62,748 bases of DNA from Octopus bimaculoides (taxonomy: Eukaryota). A program made the translations under genes and the position numbers. The stretch lies in assembly GCF_001194135.2 (NCBI RefSeq), contig NC_068988.1, forward strand, positions 41,314,626 through 41,377,373, in the 5' to 3' direction. Below the pieces are notes generated by a model. That model saw nothing but the letters and a program-made list of their open reading frames with translations, had not been told where the DNA came from and did not search any database. The stretch's first letter is position 1; every line of letters starts with the position of its first letter. Positions 1 through 11,400 of the stretch are shown in pieces.

Positions 1-230
1 GTGGCTGTTGCCAGTATCGCCTGACTGGCCTTCGTGCAGGTGACACATAAAAGCACCTACTACACTCTCTGAGTGGTTGGCGTTAGGAAGGGCATCCAGC
101 TGTAGAAACTCTGCCAAATTTAGATTGGAGCCTGGTGTTGCCATCCAGTTTCACCAGTCCTCAGTCAAGTCGTCCAACCCATGCTAGCATGGAAAGCGGA
201 CGTTAAACGATGATGATGATGATGATGATG
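1..230 (+). mobile_element. RTE-LINE 3' end with (GAT)n tail
   Basis: Shares the GCACCC/TACTACACTCT junction with the RTE 3'UTR at 10090-10620 and ends in GATGATGAT. Similar copies near 2240-2400, 4010-4215(-), 7590-7755, 13600-13710, 18590-18858, 26040-26185, 50045-50160(-). Confidence 0.75.
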
Positions 231-237
231 ATATATA

Positions 238-390
238 TACGACAGGCTTCTTTCAGTTTCCGTCTACAAAATCCACTCATAAGGCTTTGGTCGCCCCGGG
301 GCTATAGTAGAAGACACCTACCCAAGGTGCCACACAGAGAGACTCAACCAAGAACGATGTGGTTGGAAAGCAAGTTTCTTACCACACAAC
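238..390 (-). mobile_element. tRNA-derived SINE fragment (family of 21785-22135)
   Basis: Reverse complement of the CTTGGGCAAGTGTCTTCTACTATAGC...GGTAGACGGAAACTGAAAGAAGCC core repeated throughout the window. Confidence 0.75.
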
Positions 391-569
391 GAAAGTGTAA
401 ACGTGTTGTTATTGTTATTGCTGTAACAAAAAACATTCCAACCACAGTCAACCTGTCTTTCAAAGGTTGTTTTGGACTGCATTTCATCTTAGTGAATCCC
501 ACCATATTTCCCACTCTGTGATGGGCAGGGGTGCATACATATGAGTGCATGTGCGCATGTATATATGTG

Positions 570-830
570 AAGGCGCATGTCTCAGTGGTTACAGCGTTGA
601 GCTTACAATCGTAAGGTTGAGTTCGATTCCTGGAGTGAACTATGTGTTGTGCAAGACACTTTATTTCACGTTGCACCAGTTCACTCTGTTGCATCAGCTT
701 TTGCCTTTCCCTTGGATAACATCAGTGGCGTGGAGAGGAGAGGCTGGTATGCATGGGCAACTGCTGGTTATCCATAAACAACCTTGTCTGGACTTTTGCC
801 TTGGAGCAGAACTTTCTAGGTGGAATAGAG
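570..830 (+). mobile_element. tRNA-derived SINE (second family)
   Basis: A-box-like CTCAGTGGTT and B-box-like GAGTTCGATTCC; related copies at about 19060-19260, 40620-40860, 53655-53900, 59465-59725(-). Confidence 0.7.
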
Positions 831-1689
831 AGAGAGAGAGAGAGACAGAGAGACAGAGATTCTGTCTGTTTGTCCCACAATGTGAAACTAAAATCATACT
901 CCATCTCTCAATGATTTTCTTTTCAGTGTCTCCTCTATTCTCTCTCCCCGTCTATATTCTCTGTCTGCCTGTCTGTCTCTCTGCCATGCCACTTCAAAGA
1001 GATTGTCTCTTTGTTTGTCCCGTAAAGTGAAACTAAAACCAGACACCATCTCAATGAACTGTATTATATAATTGTCATTGCTGTATTGATAAATAAAATA
1101 ACACATACATCTCACTTATTATTATCATGTAATAAACAAAGAGAACTTCATGTATAAAAATGATCTTTTTTTTCTACTTCAATTATTACATGTTTTCGTC
1201 TTATAAAAATATCAAATCATTGCCATTACTGTACAGATAACAAAATAACACATACAACTCACTTATTATTGTCATATCATAAACAAACACAAGTTCATGT
1301 ATGATATTGATTTTTCTTCTATTTCAATTATTACATGGTTTTCTCTTCTAAAACTACACACATGCAGGAGAAGTTGCATATATTTTAATACTTCCAATGT
1401 GGCTCTCGATAAACAGTAAAAGTAATTACCAGATCAACAGCGAGTTTTACTGCTAGTATACTATATGGATATACTTTATATATATATGAATTATGTACAT
1501 ATGTATGTAGGTAGGGAGGGAAGAAGGAAGGAGGAGAGGTAGCAAGGAATGTAGGTAGCTAAGTAGTAAAGTATATATTTTGTAGTTGACTAGTCTATCG
1601 TTGATTATGGCCAGTCAGAAAATACTATTGCTTTAATATCCACCATTACTGTTGTCCAATATATATCTATATCTATCTAGCTATCTATC

Positions 1690-1730
<41 letters not shown>

Positions 1731-2429
1731 ATATANNNNNNNNNNNNNNNNNNNNNNNNNNNNNNNNNNNNNNNNNNNNNNNNNNNNNNNNNNNNNNNNN
1801 NNNNNNNNNNNNNNNNNNNNNNNNNNNNNNNNNNNNNNNNNNNNNNNNNNNNNNNNNNNNNNNNNNNNNNNNNNNNNNNNNNNNNNNNNNNNNNNNNNNN
1901 NNNNNNNNNNNNNNNNNNNNNNNNNNNNNNNNNNNNNNNNNNNNNNNNNNNNNNNNNNNNNNNNNNNNNNNNNNNNNNNNNNNNNNNNNNNNNNNNNNNN
2001 NNNNNNNNNNNNNNNNNNNNNNNNNNNNNNNNNNNNNNNNNNNNNNNNNNNNNNNNNNNNNNNNNNNNNNNNNNNNNNNNNNNNNNNNNNNNNNNNNNNN
2101 NNNNNNNNNNNNNNNNNNNNNNNNNNNNNNNNNNNNNNNNNNNNNNNNNNNNNNNNNNNNNNNNNNNNNNNNNNNNNNNNNNNNNNNNNNNNNNNNNNNN
2201 NNNNNNNNNNNNNNNNNNNNNNNNNNNNNNNNNNNNNNNGACATGTAAAAGCACCCACTACACTCTCGGAGTGGTTGGCATTAGGAAGGGCATCCAGCTG
2301 TAGAAACTCTGCCAAATCAGATTGGAGTCTGGTGTAGCCATCTGGTTTCACCAGTCCTCAGTCAAATCGTCCAACCCATGCTAGCATGGAAAGCGTGGAT
2401 GGACGGACGCACAGACACACATACATACA

Positions 2430-2660
2430 TACATGATCCCATTATTGCCATGAAAATATAGGAGCAGGCACTGCAATAGCTGGAGAGTCAAGGGCCCACA
2501 GTCCTTTAATATCAATCTGAAAGATTTTGAGAGATCGACATGGGGTAGATGTGGAAGTCTTCGAAACAGGATGGGATCTCCGGGTGTCCAGAGTTCCAGA
2601 TAGACTAATTTCACAGCAGGGAATGCCAATGAGGGTAGCAACATCAAACTCTTTCATTTA
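2430..2660 (-). mobile_element. LINE (CR1/L2-like) ORF2 C-terminal fragment
   Basis: Degenerate ...GPxLF.IL.KxLRxLHGVDVEVF...; homologous to 15130-15540. Confidence 0.55.
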
Positions 2661-2779
2661 CCAAATGTCAACTATTAAAAGAGAATTAAGAAAGATGTAG
2701 TAATATCAATGGGGCATTGCCCCAACATGGCCACAAGTAAAAGAGTAAATGATTTACTTCAACAAAGTATATGTAGGCA

Positions 2780-3150
2780 CAAGCATGGCTGTGTGATAAG
2801 AAGTTTACTTTCCAACCACATGGTTCCTGGTTCAGTCCTACTGTGTTGTACCTTGGGCATGTGTCTCCTACTATAGCCTTGGGCCAATCAAAACCTTGAA
2901 TGGATTTGGTAGACAGAAACTGAAAGAAACCTGTCATGTGTGTGTGTGTGTGTGTGTGTGTGCTTGTCATCCTTCACTGCTTGACAACCAGTGTTGGTGT
3001 GTTCACATCCCTGTAAGCTAATGGTTCAGCAAAGAGACCAACAGAATACGTACCAGGTTTTAAAAAAAGATAAAAGAACCGAAGTGGATTCGGTCAACTA
3101 AAATTCTCAAAGCAGTACTCCCAGCATGGCTGCAATCTAATGACTGAAAT
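2780..3150 (+). mobile_element. tRNA-derived SINE with internal (TG)n
   Basis: Same family as 21785-22135. Confidence 0.75.
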
Positions 3151-4225
3151 AAGGTTTTAAAAAAGACATATTATTGGTTACACCTAAATTGTTTAATTGC
3201 TTCATACACTCTTTAAAAAATTTGTCTAATTTTGATCAGTGAGAATGTAACTATAGCGTATAGCTTATAACTTTATTTCTGTCAACAGCTGGACATTTGC
3301 AACTCATTGCATAGCTAAAGTATTCCTGTATATTTGTGTATGCGCGCACACACACTCACAAACACACCTACTTATTGTTTGTTGCGTACCAAAAACGTGG
3401 TTACTACCTTGAGTTATGTCCCTTAGTGTTAAGTTCAGCTTGCTTATGTCCCTTACTAGATCAATTTAATAAATAGAATATTAAAAAGATTGTTGTAATT
3501 AACTAGGAAACGGATGGTGCTCACCCAGAACAGACACAGTCCAATGACTAAATCCAATTATAGATTAATACTGAAGGGATTTGCAATAGAGTTATGCAGG
3601 ATCTAATTCACAATTCAACATATTTTTCACAGTTCTGAATCCATACTCTACTAGAATTAACTTTTGTTTCACATACTGTTAGCTTTATAAAATAAGTACC
3701 AGACAGATACAGTGCTAATTCAGGTGATTATACATCTCTCATCAAAATGAATCTATGGAAGACTATGATATAATAAATCTACAGTTTATGATTTACAGAC
3801 ATTCTGACCAAGTACAAGGCCAATTCGAAAGGAAGCAGTAAAATTTGATAAATTGCTATAGTATTTCTCTTTATAATGTAGACACTTTTCCATGTTTCTA
3901 AGGGTCATGCAGATTTTCTACAACTAGATCCCCCTCTTGTTGCCAGCCCTCACCTGTTTCCAAGCAAGCTAATATTTCCCCATAGGCAGACATATATATA
4001 TATATATCATCATCATCATCACCATTTAATGTCCATTTTACATGCTAGCATGGGTTGGAAAGTTTGACAAGTGCTGGTAAGGCCAGGGGCCACACCAAGC
4101 TCCATTGTCGGTGCTGACATGGCTTTTACAGCTGGATGCCCTTCCGAGTGCCAACCACTTCACAGGGTGTACTGAGTGCTTTTTATATGACATCAACACC
4201 AGTACATTTTATGTGGCACCTTCAC

Positions 4226-4265
<40 letters not shown>

Positions 4266-4289
4266 TATGATGGTCAGGTCATCTCTGAC

Positions 4290-4730
4290 GCATGAGTGAT
4301 ATCAGAATTCCAAAGTAACTTCTCTTTCGACAATTCCCAACAGGAAGACAAACAAAAAGACAATCTAAAGCAATGCAACATTCCCTTTTCTTGCTGGGAA
4401 AACAAAGCATCAAAACGCAGGACCTGGCACCAGCCCTGCTTCTCCTCAGTTCAATGATTTCAGCAAAGCCAACTCCAACATCGGAACCAACTTCATGCAA
4501 ACATGAAGGCACACTGGCAAAACACTGCTCCTCTAAATAGAAACCTTACCTGTCATTGTGGTTTTGTGGCACAAAGCAGAGCAGGCCTTGTTATCTACTC
4601 AAGAAAATACATAGTAAATGAACCACAAACATTCAAGTAAACTGAGTCCTCAATTTGTTCCATTTGCCAAAAGGTTTGCAAGGCACCAGCAAGCCTCAAA
4701 AGAAACGTTTGTGTCCATTGAACATGACTA
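4290..4730 (+). mobile_element. RTE-clade LINE C-terminal fragment with Zn-finger-like tail
   Basis: Translates in pieces to NLKQCNIPFSCWENKASKRRTW, TCHCGFVAQSRAGLV and CSICQKVCKAPASLKR. Confidence 0.55.
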
Positions 4731-4785
4731 CCATTTCATTTTACTGAAGCCTCATTTGTTGTCATGGGGAGAGAATCCATCATAA

Positions 4786-4817
<32 letters not shown>

Positions 4818-5427
4818 TCATTTCCAGTCTTCTGTGAAAACATATCTGGTAAAGGGGACTTACTTAAAAACAAGCAAGAGTTGGCAACAGANNNNNNNNN
4901 NNNNNNNNNNNNNNNNNNNNNNNNNNNNNNNNNNNNNNNNNNNNNNNNNNNNNNNNNNNNNNNNNNNNNNNNNNNNNNNNNNNNNNNNNNNNNNNNNNNN
5001 NNNNNNNNNNNNNNNNNNNNNNNNNNNNNNNNNNNNNNNNNNNNNNNNNNNNNNNNNNNNNNNNNNNNNNNNNNNNNNNNNNNNNNNNNNNNNNNNNNNN
5101 NNNNNNNNNNNNNNNNNNNNNNNNNNNNNNNNNNNNNNNNNNNNNNNNNNNNNNNNNNNNNNNNNNNNNNNNNNNNNNNNNNNNNNNNNNNNNNNNNNNN
5201 NNNNNNNNNNNNNNNNNNNNNNNNNNNNNNNNNNNNNNNNNNNNNNNNNNNNNNNNNNNNNNNNNNNNNNNNNNNNNNNNNNNNNNNNNNNNNNNNNNNN
5301 NNNNNNNNNNNNNNNNNNNNNNNNNNNNNNNNNNNNNNNNNNNNNNNNNNNNNNNNNNNNNNNNNNNNNNNNNNNNNNNNNNNNNNNNNNNNNNNNNNNN
5401 NNNNNNNNNNNNNNNNNNNNNNNNNNN

Positions 5428-5460
<33 letters not shown>

Positions 5461-5841
5461 GTCTCTTTATTTTGACATCAAGTAATGGTTGTGAGTGTTA
5501 CCCTAATGCAAGTCGTGTAATTCATTTTCAGTCTTCTGTGAAAACGTCTGGCCAAGGGAAAAAATTACCTTACTTAAAAAACAAGCAAAATCTGGCAACA
5601 GAAAGGGCATCTGACCATAGAAAATTTTCTCCAATTAATTTCATCAGGCCATGCAAGCATGAAAAGTGGACATTAAAACAATGATGATGAGTGATGAGTG
5701 TATGTATCAAGGGCTGCACTATGTAATGTGTCCTTCTCTTTTACAATGTCTGTACAGTCTAATATGAGAAAGATTCAGCTACTATTTCTATCGGGGGGCA
5801 AGTACATAATCTTATTTGTTGGCTCATTAAAAGGACTTTAA

Positions 5842-6334
5842 CCCTTTAGCATTCAGATACTCTGTCAACGTGGCCGTTGCCAGTACCGCCTGACTGGCCT
5901 TCATAGGATTTTCGAGCGAGATTGTTGCCAGTGCCCCTGGCCTGGCTCTTGTGCGGGTGGCACATAAAAGCACCCACTACACTCTCTGAGTGGTTGGCGT
6001 TAGGAAGGACATCCAGCTGTAGAAATTCTGCCAAATCAGATTGGAGCCTGGTGTTGCCATCTGGTTTCACCAGTCCTCAGTCAAATCGTCCAACCCATGC
6101 TAGCATGGAAAGCAGACGTTAAACAATGATGATGATGTCAAATGTGATGCTTATTTATTGACATTCTTTGAAGTTAATCATGCATTATTTCACAGCTTCA
6201 AGATTTCGACGATGTGATTGCTTTTTTTTTAGAATGACATTGTAGGGTAGGTGTGAAATACCAGATCTGCCTAGTTTAAATGTAAAACAGGTAGAATATT
6301 TGGGCCAGATATGGCTGGTTTAAACACTAAAGGG
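5842..6334. mobile_element. piggyBac-type MITE interrupted by an RTE 3' end (about 5869-6135)
   Basis: TTAA|CCCTTTAG...CTAAAGGG|TTAA; insert flanked by a TGTCAA direct repeat; uninterrupted copy at 11089-11308. Confidence 0.8.
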
Positions 6335-6659
6335 TTAAGGATAAAAAAATTTACATAAAATGCCAAATGCAAAACAGTTACATGATAAATAAATGCAAAT
6401 AATCATTAATAAAAAACCAACAATTTTATTTCTTTTCTGTTAAAACTGGTTGGTGAAAGTAAATGTCTTGAAACCAGTTCATTTAGTTATCTCTGGTACA
6501 CAAAAATGTACAGAAACTCATCTCTAATAAACAAGAATTCCTTCAAAACTATGTATAGTTGTATAGAATCAAGTATCTTGCAGCACTATTTACAAAACAG
6601 CATGAAGGACTCATAGAATCCACAATACAAAAAACAAAAACAAAAGCAGTTTCTTAATT

Positions 6660-6915
6660 TCAGCTTAATGCTGCAGATGGGTCGTTCCTATTTCGAGATA
6701 TCTTCAAACGTTTCAAAACTCTTGTTCGCCAAATTCGCTTTTCATGATCAGGATTGGGCAGTTCTCCAAACACACATGGACCATACTCACAAGGGCGTAA
6801 ATGTTCCTCCTTGCTGAGAATTATTCCTGGCCTTACGATATCAACATCACGTTGTAGATACTCACTTAAGTCAGTAATTTTGTCGGTTGGACTGTCAAAA
6901 TTAATCAAGAAGTAC
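6660..6915 (-). CDS. MRPS6: MRPS6 coding exon 3 (terminal)
   Basis: TTCTTTCCAG acceptor, RYFLINFDSP...PSAALS, TGA at 6662-6660. Confidence 0.93.
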
Positions 6916-8409
6916 CTGGAAAGAAGAAAAGTAACATATACATAGAAGAACACAAGAAGTTCCTTAATCTAAGTTATCAAACAATACAAGAAGTAAACAG
7001 AGAGAGTGATTTTATGAGTTTGTGGCTGTTTGGCTAAGTCTGCTTCCTAACCACATGATTTCTGGTTCAGTCCCACAGCAGAGCACCTTGGGCAAGTGAA
7101 CTCAAAAGCACAAAAATATTTTCAATCTTGTTCCCTTTCAACAGCAAGAAGCATAAATGTTACAATTGTTGGGCCCCACTATTACTTAGGATCTATCCCT
7201 GGCAAAAGCATGTCTTCACACAGATAACATCATATCCCAAAACTGGCCTTTCTTTTTTGGGCCAGAAAATATTTCACTCATCACCAATAATTATTGATAA
7301 TTTACAAAATTCAGATGAAGTAGAGCACTGCCCTCACATTTGGGACAATGCTGCTACTGCTGCTGCTACACAGAAGATATCCCAGTTTGCATCAAGAAAA
7401 GGATCATGCAAATGATCAGCTCAGTTATTCACAGACACAACCAGCTTCTGACTCACAGGTAAGCAGTCCCTTCTCTTCATCTTTTCTACCATTACAAAAA
7501 TACGCTCAGCTTGTTGGAAGTAAGTGGACTCATACCATCTCAACGCAAATAATACCTGCCCATATTTATTATCTCTTTTCCTTTCATCACCTCAGTACAT
7601 TCTGTAAAGTGGCTGGCATTAAGAAACGGCATCCATCTGCAGCAACCTTGGCAAAGCAAACATTGGAGACCATCAACGCCCTCAAACTAGCCGGATCCTG
7701 TCAAACCATCCAACCCATGCCAGCATGGAACACAGACGATAAATGATGAGGATGAAGGCACTTGTCATTATTATGACAGGACTTGACTTCCCAGAACGTC
7801 AGCCTTCCGGGGGACGGGCCTTAGTCTTTCTGCCGGGCAAAATGCTTAGCGGTATTTCGTCTGTCTTTACATTCTGAGTTCAAATTCCGCCGAGCCTGAC
7901 TTTGCCTTTCATCCCTTCGGGGTCGATAAATTAAGTACCAGTTGCATACTGGAGTCTATCTAATCGACTGGCCCCTTCCCGTAAAATTTCGGGCCTTGTG
8001 CCTAGAGTAAAAAAAGAATAGCTAGGTTGAACAATACTATTCTGAAGTATTTAACACCGAGTTGTGTCCCTTTAAAGCTAGAGCGACTTATATTTCGCTA
8101 CAAAACAGTATCTAGAGCCTGATGCTGCTAAACTAGGATACATTAAAAAACGGTGTTGCAGCAGGTTTGATGAGCAAATGAAAATAGATTAAAGCAACAT
8201 ATTACACGCTCACAGTGAATTCACTAGATGTAATATTACTACTATAATTTTCAGGTCTTCGAAACAAGGTAAATAAATCATTACTTGTTTGTGAATTACT
8301 TCCCTTACCTCACAGCAGAGAGAGAGTATCTTTCATTTTTTTTTTTTACCTTAATGTTGATTGATGGTGTTTCAGAAATGACCTTTCTTTTCATATATAT
8401 ATATGAAGA

Positions 8410-8448
<39 letters not shown>

Positions 8449-11400
8449 GAGTATGAAGACAGAGAAAGCCTCTGGCCCATCAGGAATCACTGCAGAGATG
8501 CTCAAAATATCTGGCGGTGTCGGCTATAGCCTAGTCACCCGTATAGTTGTCCAGGTGATACACGAAGGAGTCATACCCGATGACTGGTGTAGCAGTACCA
8601 TAGTCAACTGATACAAAGGTAAAGGTGACACTTTAGATACAAATAATTACAGAGGTATCAAGGTGTTGGCTTAGGTAATGAAGGTCACGGAGAGGGTCAT
8701 AGCCCAACTAATTAGGGAGAGAGTCAGTTTAGAAGAGATGCAGTTTGGGTTCGTGCCTGGGAAAAACACCACTGATGCTATATTTCTGGTAAGGCAGCTG
8801 CAGGAGAAATACCTAGCCAAAGACAAACCTCTGTACCTGGCTTTCGTTGACATGGAGAAAGCCTTTGACAGGATCCCCCGATCGCTTATCTGGTGGTCNN
8901 NNNNNNNNNNNNNNNNNNNNNNNNNNNNNNNNNNNNNNNNNNNNNNNNNNNNNNNNNNNNNNNNNNNNNNNNNNNNNNNNNNNNNNNNNNNNNNNNNNNN
9001 NNNNNNNNNNNNNNNNNNNNNNNNNNNNNNNNNNNNNNNNNNNNNNNNNNNNNNNNNNNNNNNNNNNNNNNNNNNNNNNNNNNNNNNNNNNNNNNNNNNN
9101 NNNNNNNNNNNNNNNNNNNNNNNNNNNNNNNNNNNNNNNNNNNNNNNNNNNNNNNNNNNNNNNNNNNNNNNNNNNNNNNNNNNNNNNNNNNNNNNNNNNN
9201 NNNNNNNNNNNNNNNNNNNNNNNNNNNNNNNNNNNNNNNNNNNNNNNNNNNNNNNNNNNNNNNNNNNNNNNNNNNNNNNNNNNNNNNNNNNNNNNNNNNN
9301 NNNNNNNNNNNNNNNNNNNNNNNNNNNNNNNNNNNNNNNNNNNNNNNNNNNNNNNNNNNNNNNNNNNNNNNNNNNNNNNNNNNNNNNNNNNNNNNNNNNN
9401 NNNNNNNNNNNNNNNNNNNNNNNNNNNNNNNNNNNNNNNNNNNNNNNNNNNNNNNNNNNNNNNNNNNNNNNNNNNNNNNNNNNNNNNNNNNNNNNNNNNN
9501 NNNNNNNNNNNNNNNNNNNNNNNNNNNNNNNNNNNNNNNNNNNNNNNNNNNNNNNNNNNNNNNNNNNNNNNNNNNNNNNNNNNNNNNNNNNNNNNNNNNN
9601 NNNNNNNNNNNNNNNNNNNNNNNNNNNNNNNNNNNNNNNNNNNNNNNNNNNNNNNNNNNNNNNNNNNNNNNNNNNNNNNNNNNNNNNNNNNNNNNNNNNN
9701 NNNNNNNNNNNNNNNNNNNNNNNNNNNNNNNNNNNNNNNNNNNNNGAATGAAGCCAGTATGCTCCGCTGGATGTGTAATGTCAGTGTGCATACTTGACAG
9801 AGTGTAAGTACTTTGAGAGAAAAGTTGGACCTAAGAAGCATCAGTTGTGGTGAGCAAGAGAGATGATTGTGCTGGTATGGTCATGTGGCGAGAATGGATG
9901 AGGATAGCTGTGAAAAGGTGCCACACCCTAGCGGTTGAGGGAACATGTGGAAGAGGTAGACCCAGGAAGACTTGGGATGAGGTGGTGAAGCACAACCTTC
10001 GAACATTAGGCCTCATCGAGGCAATGACTAGGGACAGAGACCTTTGGAAATATGCTGTACATGAGAAGACCCAGCAAGACAAGTGAGACCATAACCCGTG
10101 GTCTTTACCAGGGGTGTAGCCAGCCCACTTATGCGTACCTTTCCTTCTTTGGACACAAAACTCTGCTTGCGAAGACCTGTTGAGGCAAGTGAAATCAAAA
10201 TCGAACTAAATTCGACGACTGGCACCCATGACAACCTTCCTTCATTGGACACTAAACTCTGCTTGTGAAGACCTGTTGGGGCAAGTGAAATTGAAATTGA
10301 TAATGAACCAAATTCAATGACTGGCACCCGTAACAGCGGAGTGCTAATAGCACCAGCCGAGCGGGATCACTGCCAGAGCAGCTGTCTGGCTTCTGTGCCG
10401 GTGGCACGTAAAAAGCACCATTTGAGTGTGATCATTACCAGCATCGCCTTACTGGCACTTGTGCAGGTGACACGTGGACAAAACATTCGAGCGAAGTTGT
10501 TGCCAGTGCCACTGGACTGACTCTTGTGCAGGTGGCACGTAAAAAACACCATTTGAGCGTGGCTGTTGCCAGTACCACCAGACTGGCCCTCGTGCCAGTG
10601 GCACATAAAAGCACCCACTACCCCTGTCAGAGGTAAATGGATTCATACCATGTCCATTCAAGAATTCCTGCCTTATTTGTCTCTATCTCTTTAATTACAT
10701 TCAGTACATTCTGTAAAGTGGCTAGCATTAGGAACAGTAAAGAACAGACCTAATCACTATATTCAGGATATACTTTTGCAGTACACTCTCCCAATGTTGA
10801 AAGACTACTCAAATTTGTAGGACAGCATATTAATTTTAGACTGCATTTCATTAAAGGTCTTCTGGTTGATTTTTTATAACACACTACAACATGCTATGTA
10901 CAGTGGATGTCACTTCATAGACATCCGCTGTACATATTTTTCCCCCTTCCATTCTTCTACAAAACCACAAACATCTGAAATTCCCTCCTTAAATACACAA
11001 TTTTCTACCAGTGCAAACCACACTTATCTCATCAGTTTATGGGGCATATATAGATCATGTGTGCTGTTCCTGTTCTCCAATTAATTAACCCTTTAGCATT
11101 CAGGTTACTTTGTCAAATGCAATGCTTAAGTATTCATGTCGTTTTGAATTAATCATGCATTACCTCATACCTTTGAGATTTTGATGATGCGATTACTTAT
11201 TTTTAAAATGACACTGTAGGGTAGGTGTAAAAGGCCAGATCTGACCAGTATGAAGATAAAACAGGTAGAATATTTAGGCCAGATATGGCCAGTTTAAATG
11301 CTAAAGGGTTAATGAGAGAGTAAAGAAGTAAAATTTTATTCATATTATTTGTGAGTTTTAATAAACACCAATATTACCTTCCTTCACGGTGAACTTGTTG

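Noticed and set aside
570-650. tRNA gene (also heads at about 19065, 40622, 53660)
   Set aside because: A/B-box-like motifs run directly into a multi-copy SINE body with no clean cloverleaf.
210-1030. ORFs 210..521 and 545..1030
   Set aside because: Translations of a (GAT)n tail, SINE bodies and an (AG)n microsatellite.
4817-5600. Gap-flank duplication like that at 21094-21824
   Set aside because: The two about 75-bp copies differ by substitutions and indels, so they are separate repeat copies rather than an overlap artefact.
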